Below, piece after piece: positions 46,697 to 56,563 of a stretch of 64,000 bases of DNA. Source of the stretch: an uncultured Gammaproteobacteria bacterium (GTDB lineage Bacteria; Patescibacteriota; Microgenomatia; Levybacterales; GWA1-39-11). Below the pieces are notes generated by a model. That model was given only the letters and a program-made list of their open reading frames with translations, was not told the origin of the DNA and ran no database searches. Location: NCBI GenBank assembly GCA_964485575.1, contig CAZAJO010000006.1, positions 8,990 through 72,989 on the forward strand, in the 5' to 3' direction. The position numbers and the translations under genes are program-made. Within the stretch, counting starts at the first letter, position 1. Each line of letters opens with the position of its first letter.

Positions 46697-47311
46697 TTAC
46701 TTAGTATTTTTGCGCATGAAGAGGCCAATCAGAGTCATTAATACTCCAGCTCCGAAGACTGAGAGTACAAAAGTAATGTTACCTGTTGAAGCGAGTCCGA
46801 AAGATCCTTTAGCAGCTTGAACGATAGATCCTAGACCATCAGAACGGCCGTCTGTTCTACCATCTGTTCTTCCGTCAGTTCTACCGTCTCCACCACCTGA
46901 AGTAGTAGTTGTTGAATTACATGAATATGAGATGTTTTTAGCAACATATGGTACGTCATCAAGTCCCCATGCAGCACCTGATGGAACATAGATCCATCCT
47001 TGGCTTTCAAGTACGGCAATTTCTTGCTCAGATACTTCGGTCAATCTTTTCCAATTGGTTTGAATTCCAGCTCCATCAGTACCACAAAAACACTGCATTA
47101 ATGTATCTTGGGATAATGTGTAAACGGTATCAGAACCTGAGTGAAGAGCATTGTCTCCGGCGATTCCGTGTTGTCCACTTGGGTAGCTAGCTTTAACAGT
47201 TCCTGTAGGTGTTAAACATGATGCAGGAGTAACTTCTGCTGCCATAGCGGAATTAACTCCGGCTGTGCCGAGAAGAATTGCAGACGTCAATAATATAGAA
47301 TATAACTTCAT
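46697..47311 (-). CDS. sortase substrate surface protein (LAXTG-type sorting signal LASTG + TM + KR tail) with DGRT x4 tandem repeat
   Basis: Signal peptide, Cys-containing domain, TTTSGGGDGRTDGRTDGRTDGRSDG, then ..SFGLASTGNITFVLSVFGAGVLMTLIGLFMRKNTK. Confidence 0.7.
   Translation of the reverse strand: MKLYSILLTSAILLGTAGVNSAMAAEVTPASCLTPTGTVKASYPSGQHGIAGDNALHSGSDTVYTLSQDTLMQCFCGTDGAGIQTNWKRLTEVSEQEIAVLESQGWIYVPSGAAWGLDDVPYVAKNISYSCNSTTTTSGGGDGRTDGRTDGRTDGRSDGLGSIVQAAKGSFGLASTGNITFVLSVFGAGVLMTLIGLFMRKNTK
46836..46883. repeat. four tandem 12-nt repeats encoding (DGRT)4 inside the sortase-substrate CDS
   Basis: ccatcagaacgg/ccgtctgttcta/ccatctgttctt/ccgtcagttcta on the plus strand. Confidence 0.7.
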
Positions 47312-47328
47312 ATTAAATCAATTTTAGG

Positions 47329-47357
47329 ATTATAATATATACTTATAGGATTGTCAA
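47329..47357 (-). promoter_or_regulatory. perfect consensus sigma70 promoter TTGACA-N17-TATAAT for the sortase-substrate/sortase operon
   Basis: Minus-strand read: cTTGACAatcctataagtatatatTATAATcctaaaattgatttaATG. Confidence 0.65.
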
Positions 47358-47360
47358 GCT

Positions 47361-50030
47361 CTACTTTGTGACCGACAAGGAGTAATCTTTGATGATCTTT
47401 ATTATCTGAGAGTCGTTTTTGTCTAAAGGTGAGATTCCAAAAGAATCATCCTCTTTTAGAGCCCAGTTCCAAAGAACTACCCCATCTATACCCTCTTTTT
47501 TAACTGAATTTAGGAATTCTGACAGTTCCAGCTCTCTATTCACCCTATTTCCATTATCATCAGATTTACTAAATCCAACCTCGCCAATAATAAGTGGCTT
47601 GTTATTGTTTCTTCTGACCTGTATGGCCCAGTCTTTGATGACAGTTGCAGTCTTTTGCTTTTCGTATTGTACGTAATAATGAGCTGTTGGAAGCGCACCC
47701 GGTGCAATGTCCCCTATATCGGAAAGGAAAGGTCCTGCGTCTCCCGTGTTATATATAGGAGTAAAACCTTCAGTTCCAAGCGTTATTATATGATTTGAAT
47801 CTAATGAATAGATAAATTCGCTTGTCTGCTTCATCCAGTTTGTCACTGTTTCGGTTTTTGAAGTTGTTGAGCTTCTTGGTTCATTCATAAGTTCCCAAGC
47901 CATAATTGAGGGTTGACGGCTTAAAGGTCTGTCGTTGAATTGGCTTTTGAACGTTATTACATGCTTTATGTAGTCCTGGAAGTTTTTTTGAACATTTTTG
48001 TCTGTAAAAAATGCGTCAAAATTGCTATTTGTGGAGTTTGGAAGATTATTCCAAGCTAAATATTGAGGAACCCCTCCATAATCTGCCCAATAATTTGAGA
48101 GAGTTATGATGAGCTTTATATCGTACTTTTCTGCTCTATCGACAATATACGCTAGTTTTTGAAGCTTCTCTTCATTGTAAACACCCGGTTGGGGTTGAAA
48201 TCCGTCTTCAGTCCCTTCACCAAAAGCCCAGAACCTCATTACTTTTATTCCGTTTTGGGAAGCCAATTTCATGGTTGAATCTATCTCTTCTTCACTTCTA
48301 TAGGCAAGATCGTACGAATTTACACCAATGAACTTAAATTCTTTGTTGTTTAAGGACAATGAAGAACCATCAAGAACAACAAAGTCTTTTGGATCTTCCT
48401 TTCTGACGTAAACGTTTGTATGCTTACCACGGAAGCTTAAGGTGTAGTGTGTTAAAAATGCACTTTTATTCTTTTTGACCAAAGATTCGTACACCTGGTC
48501 ACCTACATCACCATTTGCCATGACAATCCATTTGGCTTGACGCCGAGGGTCTGTGAGGGCATTTGTCCAATAATCCCCTGTTCCTTCGTGGATGAAGCGT
48601 TTCATAGGGATTCCTGTTGAAAAAGCAAGCGCATTGTTAAATGCAATTGAGGTTAAAATAAGACCATCTCTGTCCTTTGCAGTTGCTATCAGGTGATCTC
48701 TAACATCCTTCACATTCAAAGAGCTAGTACCAGAAACTCCATCAGTAAGGGTAATTATATTTTTCCCGATATAAAAACTTTGAAATTGAAGCATAATTAT
48801 GACCAAAAGAAGCACTTTCAAAAGAGCACTCTTTCTCACGATATATGAAGCAAAAAATGCTACAGCCGGAAGAATCATGAGTCCATATCTCACATTGAAC
48901 CAAGATGCACTAGCCTCCTGCGTAATTTTTACACCTAATTCAGGAACAATAAGAATTGAAAACCCTAATATGAGGGAGATTACATGGAAGGCAAAGGGAG
49001 ACAAAAGTGTGTAAACCGCAAGAGCTCCATCTTTTAGCTTTTCTCGCAGTACGTAAAACGCAAGACCAATGACGGAAAGAACCATAGGCACAAAACCAAT
49101 ATTGTCTACCATGGCTAACCAGTAGATCTTAAGAGATAGGAGCACGTCGTATTTGGAGACCAGAGATCCTGCAGCTTCAATCTTTGCTTGCTGTGCGTGA
49201 GCAGAATACGGACCATAGGCAAAGTAAAGCGGGTCATTGAAGATCAATAAGTTCCAGATGAGCCATGCTACTATTCCAAGTCCTCCAAGTACACCAAAAA
49301 GAATAAGCCTACCCTCAAGAAGCCTTACTAGACCACCTAGCCTTTTTTTGAAAGACTCTTTTGAATACAAAATAGCATCTTTGTAACTTATCAGAGACAA
49401 AGTCCCAAGCATCGCAAACAACAAGAACCATCCGTCATAGCGGGTTAATGTCGCTAAAAATACCCAGAAAGAAGGTAGGATCAAATTGATAGTTTTTTTG
49501 TCCTCAGTCCATTTGTAGAAAGAGTAACTAGCACTTGTAAAGAAGAGTAACAGAAGAAGCTCAGTCATAGGAGTTGACTGCATGTAAAGTACGTTAAGGT
49601 TTGTTGCAAAAAGCAGAGTGCCAAGTAGCGCTGTGATTTTTCCTTTCAAAGTGTGCTTTATGAATAGATAGACAACATATACTGTGGCAACATATGACAA
49701 CATAGACCAGATGGATCCTGCAAACCCCGACTGCCACAACGAATCATTCCAGACTAAAGTAAGCTTTAGTAGATGATCTAACGGGAGCCAAACAGAACCA
49801 ATCTGAGCAAGTCCTGGCTTCAAATTATCAACAACTAACCGTGCCATATTCATATGGGCACGAGCATCATTATAGGCAACTACCGTATCAAGCTTGAGAA
49901 AGACAAGATAGCTGATGATACTTAGTATTGCTGCCAATAGAGGCACCCATAGATCAGGTAAGTTGATTGTAATATAGGGCAACTTTATTTCTATATTGCC
50001 ACCAAATATTTTTTTAAGTAGATTTTTCAT
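47361..50030 (-). CDS. fusion: GT-C-type membrane glycosyltransferase-like domain + glycoside hydrolase family 5 (mannanase/cellulase-like) domain
   Basis: N-terminal about 520 aa with at least 12 TM. C-terminal TIM barrel with MAWELMNEPR (acid/base Glu in NEP) and IIGEVGF (nucleophile Glu), the hallmarks of GH5. Confidence 0.6.
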   Translation of the reverse strand: MKNLLKKIFGGNIEIKLPYITINLPDLWVPLLAAILSIISYLVFLKLDTVVAYNDARAHMNMARLVVDNLKPGLAQIGSVWLPLDHLLKLTLVWNDSLWQSGFAGSIWSMLSYVATVYVVYLFIKHTLKGKITALLGTLLFATNLNVLYMQSTPMTELLLLLFFTSASYSFYKWTEDKKTINLILPSFWVFLATLTRYDGWFLLFAMLGTLSLISYKDAILYSKESFKKRLGGLVRLLEGRLILFGVLGGLGIVAWLIWNLLIFNDPLYFAYGPYSAHAQQAKIEAAGSLVSKYDVLLSLKIYWLAMVDNIGFVPMVLSVIGLAFYVLREKLKDGALAVYTLLSPFAFHVISLILGFSILIVPELGVKITQEASASWFNVRYGLMILPAVAFFASYIVRKSALLKVLLLVIIMLQFQSFYIGKNIITLTDGVSGTSSLNVKDVRDHLIATAKDRDGLILTSIAFNNALAFSTGIPMKRFIHEGTGDYWTNALTDPRRQAKWIVMANGDVGDQVYESLVKKNKSAFLTHYTLSFRGKHTNVYVRKEDPKDFVVLDGSSLSLNNKEFKFIGVNSYDLAYRSEEEIDSTMKLASQNGIKVMRFWAFGEGTEDGFQPQPGVYNEEKLQKLAYIVDRAEKYDIKLIITLSNYWADYGGVPQYLAWNNLPNSTNSNFDAFFTDKNVQKNFQDYIKHVITFKSQFNDRPLSRQPSIMAWELMNEPRSSTTSKTETVTNWMKQTSEFIYSLDSNHIITLGTEGFTPIYNTGDAGPFLSDIGDIAPGALPTAHYYVQYEKQKTATVIKDWAIQVRRNNNKPLIIGEVGFSKSDDNGNRVNRELELSEFLNSVKKEGIDGVVLWNWALKEDDSFGISPLDKNDSQIIKIIKDYSLSVTK

Positions 50031-50031
50031 A

Positions 50032-51552
50032 CTATTTTTTGTTTCTTGTTAAAATTGTTCCTGTCAAAAGTGTTAAAAATAGACCACTTGCTACTCCAAA
50101 AAGACCAAGGGCGTACTGATAAAGGCTTATTGATTTTCTAAAAAATGTATTGAAGACAAATGAGCCGGACACGTTTTTTTGAAGGTAATCCCAGTTGAGT
50201 AAGTAATTGTATTTCATGTGAAGTCCAGTTGCCTCATGGTATGGAGGAACTTGGTTTGTCGTTATAGCACCTAACGTATTTACCCCTATGCTATATACCC
50301 CGGTTGAGATCAAAGCTAGCAAAAACAGCCAATTTCTTCTGTAGACTTGGATGGCTTGTGCCAAAAGTATGCTTGCCAACCCAAAAACAGGAATCAGATA
50401 CCGAGGTCCAAATGCCCATCCTCCCCACGGATCTCCCCACGCGGAATAGACTGAAAATACTGTAACAATTGTTACAAAAAGCACAATAGCCTCATTCCTT
50501 GCCTTCTTGAGTAAACTCTTGATACCTAAGAACGCAAGAATAATAAATGGGGAGTAAAGAAATATTCCGCGATCATAACTCATAGAAAGAACAGCGCTTC
50601 CTTTCATAAGATCGTTATAGTTCAAAAAAGCTGCTGTATTATTTTCTTTTTTACCCTTTGGAATTACAGGTTGACCTGCTTTGTCTATTTTCCCAACAGA
50701 AATAACTGCCTGGGAAAGTTTGATGGGTTGACCATAGGTTGTCTGATTGTAAAACATCCATGCGGTAAACAAGGGAAGTACAAATAGCGCCCCATAAATA
50801 ATGGATTTTGAGACAGATATCTTTATCCTTTTTATTTTTGAGTCAACCCCACACTTCTGAAAGATCATAAAAAGAACAAATGGGGTGACAAACAGAACAT
50901 TTGGGGTATCTACAAGAAAAGCAAAAAATGCCAAAAGCCAAATAAATCCAGCGTTGACGATACTTCTTTTAGAAAGAATGAGTCTGAATATTGTCAAAAG
51001 AATCAATGTTGTCAGAAGGTGTTGATATATTGAAGTTGTGTAAGCCCAAGCGCTTGTTCCAAAAAGGAAAAGGCTTACTGATACAAGGCTAGGAAGAACA
51101 CCCATATTAAGTTTTCTACCAATACTTGTAACAACAGCAACTAAAAGCATTGCAATAACAATAGAGATAGAACCCGTAGCCAGTTGAGCGTATCCATAGA
51201 TTTTTCCAACCGCATAGAATGGTGCTGAAAGGAGCAGGAATCCCGGCGGATATAACCCAACGTACTTACCATTGTGGTATCCAAGATCCGGAAGAACTAT
51301 TCTTGCCACCTCAACAGGAAGAGTTGTTGAGTTGTATTCCATAAGAGCCAATAATTGAGCGTACCTATTCCTCTCCGGAGAATTTTCAAATGGAGCCCCA
51401 GCACTTTTTAGATTTTCTTCAATGTATTTCGCACTTGGGTTACCAGCAACTCCTTTAAGAGTTGATGTCAAAAGCACTGCAAAAACCACAACAATTACAA
51501 CAAAACTAAAGACCTTACCTATTGATTTAAATAACGATTTACTCATGTTCAT
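50032..51552 (-). CDS. polytopic membrane protein, putative GT-C family glycosyltransferase
   Basis: 506 aa, about 12 TM, in-operon with other glycan genes. Assignment by context and topology only. Confidence 0.4.
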   Translation of the reverse strand: MNMSKSLFKSIGKVFSFVVIVVVFAVLLTSTLKGVAGNPSAKYIEENLKSAGAPFENSPERNRYAQLLALMEYNSTTLPVEVARIVLPDLGYHNGKYVGLYPPGFLLLSAPFYAVGKIYGYAQLATGSISIVIAMLLVAVVTSIGRKLNMGVLPSLVSVSLFLFGTSAWAYTTSIYQHLLTTLILLTIFRLILSKRSIVNAGFIWLLAFFAFLVDTPNVLFVTPFVLFMIFQKCGVDSKIKRIKISVSKSIIYGALFVLPLFTAWMFYNQTTYGQPIKLSQAVISVGKIDKAGQPVIPKGKKENNTAAFLNYNDLMKGSAVLSMSYDRGIFLYSPFIILAFLGIKSLLKKARNEAIVLFVTIVTVFSVYSAWGDPWGGWAFGPRYLIPVFGLASILLAQAIQVYRRNWLFLLALISTGVYSIGVNTLGAITTNQVPPYHEATGLHMKYNYLLNWDYLQKNVSGSFVFNTFFRKSISLYQYALGLFGVASGLFLTLLTGTILTRNKK

Positions 51553-52325
51553 ATGACTCTTTTAATATTGTATAGAAAAAAAAGAATTCTTGAGTAGGTC
51601 AATCCAGCTGGGGTTAATAACGTTTTGAATTCTTCAATAGACACATCGTTTCCAATACAATATCTCGGAATTTCATAAAGAGAATTATTGGTATATAGGG
51701 CCGATTTCGTAGTAAAAGCAGCTGCATAGCCACTTTTCGAAACAACGTCTAGAACAGCATTATTATACTTTCCAAACGGGTAAGCAAAGTATCTGATTGT
51801 AGAACCTAACTTTTTTTCAAAGGTTCTTTTCGATATAGTTATTTCTTTTACCAGCTCTTTTTTGTCAATCTTTGACAAGTCTTTGTGATTTTCTGAGTGA
51901 TAGCCAACTACAATGTTGTCACTACTAATCTTTTTTAGATCTGCTAGGGACAAGGTGGCAAAACTGGGATTAGAACCTTCAAAAGTTCTTTTACCTGAAT
52001 TTCCTAAGGCAAAAAGAGTTACGGGGACATTATGTTTTTTAATAAGTGGTAATGCATTATTGGCAAAGGTCGTGTACCCATCATCAAAAGTTATTGCAAC
52101 CTGTCTTTTTTTCGATACAGATTTGATAATTTCATCTAAAGAAACTATTTTATAATTATCTTTCAAATATGCTAATTGTCTTTCAAACTCTATTTCTTTT
52201 GTCGAAAATTCCCAATCGCTTTCATCAATTGAATGATAGCAGAGGATTACTTTTTGATCATTGCTTTGAGTTTTATTTACAAAATTCAAGAGTTTTAAAA
52301 TTAATTTTTGGACATTCTTTTTCAT
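51549..52325 (-). CDS. polysaccharide deacetylase (NodB domain)
   Basis: LCYHSI.., VAITFDDGY, NVPVTLFALG, HSENH. Confidence 0.75.
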   Translation of the reverse strand: MKKNVQKLILKLLNFVNKTQSNDQKVILCYHSIDESDWEFSTKEIEFERQLAYLKDNYKIVSLDEIIKSVSKKRQVAITFDDGYTTFANNALPLIKKHNVPVTLFALGNSGKRTFEGSNPSFATLSLADLKKISSDNIVVGYHSENHKDLSKIDKKELVKEITISKRTFEKKLGSTIRYFAYPFGKYNNAVLDVVSKSGYAAAFTTKSALYTNNSLYEIPRYCIGNDVSIEEFKTLLTPAGLTYSRILFFLYNIKRVI

Positions 52326-52329
52326 GGTT

Positions 52330-53292
52330 TTAGCTTGCTAAATACTTTTTCATGTATCTCATTGCATCTTTGCTAAACGGGTCAGTAGAACTTTCCGTGG
52401 CTACACATTGAACCGAGTAATAAATACTAAGGCTCTTGAAGAAATTTCTTTGGGTGTCTGTCGTTGCAAACGTAGACACAATCTTATCAGTGTAGCTTTT
52501 ACCCAATTTTTTGAAAAGATACCTACAAGTGATGGCTAGATCGGTGTAAGGTTCAGCTAGGCAAGCAATTTCTGTGTCAATTATGTACGCTCTTTTTTTT
52601 GAATACAGAATGTTGTCCAGATGCAAATCCCTGTGAGCCAATGTCAAATTTGAATTAACTTTTCTTAAATCATAACGGGCTTTGTAAAACAAAAAAGCAG
52701 TACTACATAAAAACATTATCTCGCTTGGTTTTTTAAGAATTGATTTTATTAAATATAGAAGAAAAGAGACTGTGATGTATGCTTTTCCTCTTTTAGGAAA
52801 ATTTCCCTTTTTATAAAATTTTGTTTTGCCGTTTTGGTAAAGATAATCTAGTATTTCGACAGTTAACCTATAGAGTTGCTCACTCTTCAAGTTTGAAACG
52901 GATTCACCTTCAATGAATTCCCTTTGTAAAATCAGGCTACCGTCCATATTTTGAAATTTTAAGATTTTTGGAAAAGTTATTGAAAAATTTCCATTAGTTT
53001 TTTTCTCTTCGTATTTAGAAAAAACCTCTAGCATGCTTGCTTCATTTAGCAACTGAAAGTATTTTAAATTTTTCAATTTAAAACTAAGTTTTTTTTCTAT
53101 ATAGCCCTTAGAGTTGTTATTAATAAGATTTACAGAGTACCCTAATTTTTTATCAGCGGCAGCAGATATGCTTTCTGAATTGCTTATTTTAAGCAGGTTT
53201 GCACCATTTATTCTGCTTTGTAAAGCTTGTTCGACTGGAGCTACTATCCAACCCCTCATTGCGTTACTGTATGTTAGATATTTATTAATCAT
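52330..53292 (-). CDS. protein-kinase-like fold phosphotransferase (APH/LPS-kinase-like)
   Basis: Catalytic loop LAHRDLHLDNILY (HxDLHxxN) and downstream IIDTE (DxE/DFG-equivalent). Confidence 0.55.
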   Translation of the reverse strand: MINKYLTYSNAMRGWIVAPVEQALQSRINGANLLKISNSESISAAADKKLGYSVNLINNNSKGYIEKKLSFKLKNLKYFQLLNEASMLEVFSKYEEKKTNGNFSITFPKILKFQNMDGSLILQREFIEGESVSNLKSEQLYRLTVEILDYLYQNGKTKFYKKGNFPKRGKAYITVSFLLYLIKSILKKPSEIMFLCSTAFLFYKARYDLRKVNSNLTLAHRDLHLDNILYSKKRAYIIDTEIACLAEPYTDLAITCRYLFKKLGKSYTDKIVSTFATTDTQRNFFKSLSIYYSVQCVATESSTDPFSKDAMRYMKKYLAS

Positions 53293-54194
53293 GTTCTTGT
53301 TGTCTTTGTACTAAACCACTCAAGCTTGTAGTTTTTTGAGAAAAACGAATAGAAGGGAATGCACAAAAGCTTTACTAGCGAAATGTATATAGTCCCAATT
53401 GGGTTTGCTTTCAAAGCTATTACAACACCCTCGAGAATAACTTTTTTTGGCCTAGAGAACTCTATTGAAAGTTGTTTCTGGTGCAGTAATCCAAGATCGT
53501 GCTTCGTCGCTTGAGGTGTGGACCTAAAAGCTTGTCTTAGATAATCCCTAATTGTTTTGGGGAGTTTATAAGAAACTTTTGACTCTTTTGCATATCTGAA
53601 GAGGTACCCTTTTGAAATGCATTCAAGGTATATGTAATCGTCATCTGCTGTAATCTCAGGTATAGTTAGGTTTTTGGCAAATTCGGCTCTTAACCCTAAG
53701 CATGCACCTGTGCATCCATAGATATTGTTGCCCGATTGTAAGCTTTCTCTTGTATGTAGGTATACAATTAATGTTGAGTAGATTGCTTTTTCTATAAAAC
53801 CTGAGGGCTTACTAGGATGAGAATTGCTACTTACAAGCATAACTTTTGGGTTCTGTAAAAATTTCTCTACATGCTTTGTTAATACACTATCGTTCTCTAA
53901 GGTCACATCAGCGTCAAGCAAAAGTATCACGTCACTACTAAAACTTCTCAAAAGGAAGTTAATTCTCAACCTTTTTCCTAATCTTTTCTGACCTGTAACT
54001 AACTTTAATTTTTTACTTTTTATACTTTTTACTTCGTTGTTTGTATTGTCAGTACTCCCATCAGAGACAACTATAATGTTCTTTAGCACAAAATTTGAAG
54101 TTTTTTGCTTGAGAATAGATTTTATTAAGTGTTTAATATTTTTCTCTTCGTTGTAGGCAGGAATTCCGATTGTAAGTGTTAATTTTTTAGCCAT
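53289..54194 (-). CDS. glycosyltransferase family 2
   Basis: IGIPAYNEEKNI.., VVSDGSTDNT, LLDADV (DxD). Confidence 0.8.
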   Translation of the reverse strand: MAKKLTLTIGIPAYNEEKNIKHLIKSILKQKTSNFVLKNIIVVSDGSTDNTNNEVKSIKSKKLKLVTGQKRLGKRLRINFLLRSFSSDVILLLDADVTLENDSVLTKHVEKFLQNPKVMLVSSNSHPSKPSGFIEKAIYSTLIVYLHTRESLQSGNNIYGCTGACLGLRAEFAKNLTIPEITADDDYIYLECISKGYLFRYAKESKVSYKLPKTIRDYLRQAFRSTPQATKHDLGLLHQKQLSIEFSRPKKVILEGVVIALKANPIGTIYISLVKLLCIPFYSFFSKNYKLEWFSTKTTRT

Positions 54195-54196
54195 AT

Positions 54197-55465
54197 TTAA
54201 ATAATGAATGATTTAACTGTTGTAAAAAATACAGACATAGGACTTAGAAAAGGTCTCCAAATACCCGATTTTTGCTTAATAACTGTAGGTATTTCTTTAG
54301 CACTATTTTTTTCGATTTTTAGTTGTTCCAAGGCTTCTCCAAGTACTTTTACAACGGTTTTGCGCTCAATGGACGTCATTGAAGAATAAAGCGGAAGTCT
54401 TAAAAGTCTTTCTGCATACTCTTCAGTGATAGGTAGATCTGATGCTACATTTCCCAATTTGCGTCCTTGAGGCGCACTATGTAGAGGAATATAGTGAAAT
54501 GTTGCAGAAATCTCATTCGTTCTCATGAAATCCATTACAAAATTGCGATCCTGAGCACTTGGCATGATTATGTAAAAAATGTGGGCATTATGACCTGCGT
54601 AGTCTGGAATTGTTGGTATATCCAAAAGTTTTTTGTGAGCAAATCTCCCTACCTCTCTTGCATAGAAGTCATAATTTTTTTGTCTCAATCGGGTTATCTT
54701 TTCAACACTCTCAAGTTGGGCAAGGAGGTATGCTGCAAGAATGTCGCTTGGCAAGTAGCTTGAGCCAACATCAACCCACGTGTACTTGTCTACTTCTCCT
54801 CTAAAGAATTTACTTCTGTTTGTCCCTTTTTCTCGGATGATTTCTGCCCTTTCAACAGCATTGTCTTCTTCGTTATTGATAAAGAGCGCACCACCTTCAC
54901 CACAGGTGATATTTTTTGTATCGTGGAAAGAAAAACATCCAAAATCTCCAATAGTTCCAAGATATTTGTCTTTGTATTTTGCTTCAATCGCTTGTGCTGC
55001 ATCTTCAACCACCTTCAAGTTGTGCTTTTTAGCGATAGTCATAATCTTATCCATATCACAAGCAACACCTGCGTAGTGGACCACCATAATTGCTTTCGTT
55101 TTTTTAGTTATTTTTCTCTCAATGTCTTTAGCATCAATGTTTAATGTCTGTTTTTCTATTTCAGCAAAAACTACTTTTACACCTTGAGCAAGAAGGATAG
55201 CGTTAATCGTTGAAGAGAAAGTAAAGGATGGTGCTATCACTTCATCGCCTGGCTTTAAGTTGAGAAGTCGTATTGCAAGTTCTAAGGCTGATGTTCCTGA
55301 TGTAGTCAATAGTGCCCTTTTGGTGCCATACCTTTTCTCAAGAAAACTGTGCACTAGTTTTGTGTATTTGCCATCCCCGGACATATCCATTCTGTTATCC
55401 AGAATGTCGTGGATATATTTGCTTTCGTTGCCTGTAATATATGGTTTGAATAATTTAATTTTCAT
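54197..55465 (-). CDS. DegT/DnrJ/EryC1/StrS family PLP-dependent sugar aminotransferase
   Basis: ..GDEVIAPSFTFSSTINAI.., DAAQAIEAKYKDKYLGTIGDFGCFSFHDTKNITCGEGGAL (Lys in FHxxK). Confidence 0.85.
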   Translation of the reverse strand: MKIKLFKPYITGNESKYIHDILDNRMDMSGDGKYTKLVHSFLEKRYGTKRALLTTSGTSALELAIRLLNLKPGDEVIAPSFTFSSTINAILLAQGVKVVFAEIEKQTLNIDAKDIERKITKKTKAIMVVHYAGVACDMDKIMTIAKKHNLKVVEDAAQAIEAKYKDKYLGTIGDFGCFSFHDTKNITCGEGGALFINNEEDNAVERAEIIREKGTNRSKFFRGEVDKYTWVDVGSSYLPSDILAAYLLAQLESVEKITRLRQKNYDFYAREVGRFAHKKLLDIPTIPDYAGHNAHIFYIIMPSAQDRNFVMDFMRTNEISATFHYIPLHSAPQGRKLGNVASDLPITEEYAERLLRLPLYSSMTSIERKTVVKVLGEALEQLKIEKNSAKEIPTVIKQKSGIWRPFLSPMSVFFTTVKSFII

Positions 55466-55466
55466 A

Positions 55467-56561
55467 TTAAATTCCTTTCAAAATGTCTAGTGAAAATTGC
55501 TCATATTTATTCGCAACGTTCTCCCATGTATATTTCTTGCTTATTTTCCTTGCTTCTTTACCCATTTGTGTAAAGACACTTTTTTTAGACGCCTTGATGA
55601 GTAAATTCCCGTATTCGGCAATGTCAAACATTTTAGCCTTCAAATTCACTTTTTCAGTTGTCCATGAAAGAGACGGGATGTCAAAGCTAACCAATGGGAG
55701 TCCTGAAGCTAATGCTTCAAGAGAGAACAGTGAAAATCCTTCGTGCCTGGACGGAAATGCAACAAAGGCAGCTTTTGATAGAAGTTGTTCTTTGTCTTTT
55801 CCATAGGATGGACCTAGTACTTTGACTTTGTCCTGAAGTTGAAGTGAATTTACCATTTTTTCGATTTTTTCTTTGTCTGGACCAACCCCTACCATTACAA
55901 GTGGGAGGCAATTTTTACTTACCTTCGCGTAGGATTTAAGCAGTAAATCAATGCCCTTTTGACCCATGTCATACCTTCCTAAAAATAAAATGTACTCTGG
56001 CTTTTTCTTTTTGATCTTAAAAAATTCGCTACCTACTCCTTCAGGCACTATTTTTGAAACTACATTTTTGTTAACCTTGCGTATTTTTTTATCCTGATGG
56101 ACCGTAAAAGGAAGTGCGTATTTGTAGAACCTCAGTCCAAAATTTTCAATGAGGTCAAAAGGTAATTTATAGAGCTTCGCAAATCTCTCAGCCTCAAATG
56201 ATGTCGTAAGAGCAACGACAGGAATTCTTGTAAAAAGAGGTGAGAATAGAGTTGAAATAGGAGCTGTAAAACATTCAACTATAATGTCTCCTTTCAACCC
56301 AATAACGGTCGCTGGAAGAAGGAGAATGTATAGGAGATTGTTGAGTCTGATGTTCTTTGTTCCTACTCCGATGTGTTTATAGGTGAGACCATTTTCAACC
56401 CTATCTTCGTATCCCGGATACTTCGAACAAATGACAGTTATCTTGTGCCCTTTTTTTACCAAACGGCTACCTACTTCAACTGTTGCTCGCGCTTGACCTG
56501 CACCAAGTAGTGGGTTTTTTATATCGTCAAAGTCCAAAAATATTATGTTAAGTTTTTTCAT
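55467..56561 (-). CDS. glycosyltransferase family 4 (GT-B)
   Basis: ..FPSRHEGFSLFSLEALASGLPLVSFDI (EX7E motif). Confidence 0.8.
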   Translation of the reverse strand: MKKLNIIFLDFDDIKNPLLGAGQARATVEVGSRLVKKGHKITVICSKYPGYEDRVENGLTYKHIGVGTKNIRLNNLLYILLLPATVIGLKGDIIVECFTAPISTLFSPLFTRIPVVALTTSFEAERFAKLYKLPFDLIENFGLRFYKYALPFTVHQDKKIRKVNKNVVSKIVPEGVGSEFFKIKKKKPEYILFLGRYDMGQKGIDLLLKSYAKVSKNCLPLVMVGVGPDKEKIEKMVNSLQLQDKVKVLGPSYGKDKEQLLSKAAFVAFPSRHEGFSLFSLEALASGLPLVSFDIPSLSWTTEKVNLKAKMFDIAEYGNLLIKASKKSVFTQMGKEARKISKKYTWENVANKYEQFSLDILKGI

Positions 56562-56563
56562 AG

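Noticed and set aside
54204-55144. Plus-strand ORFs inside the DegT aminotransferase gene
   Set aside because: Antisense shadow ORFs.
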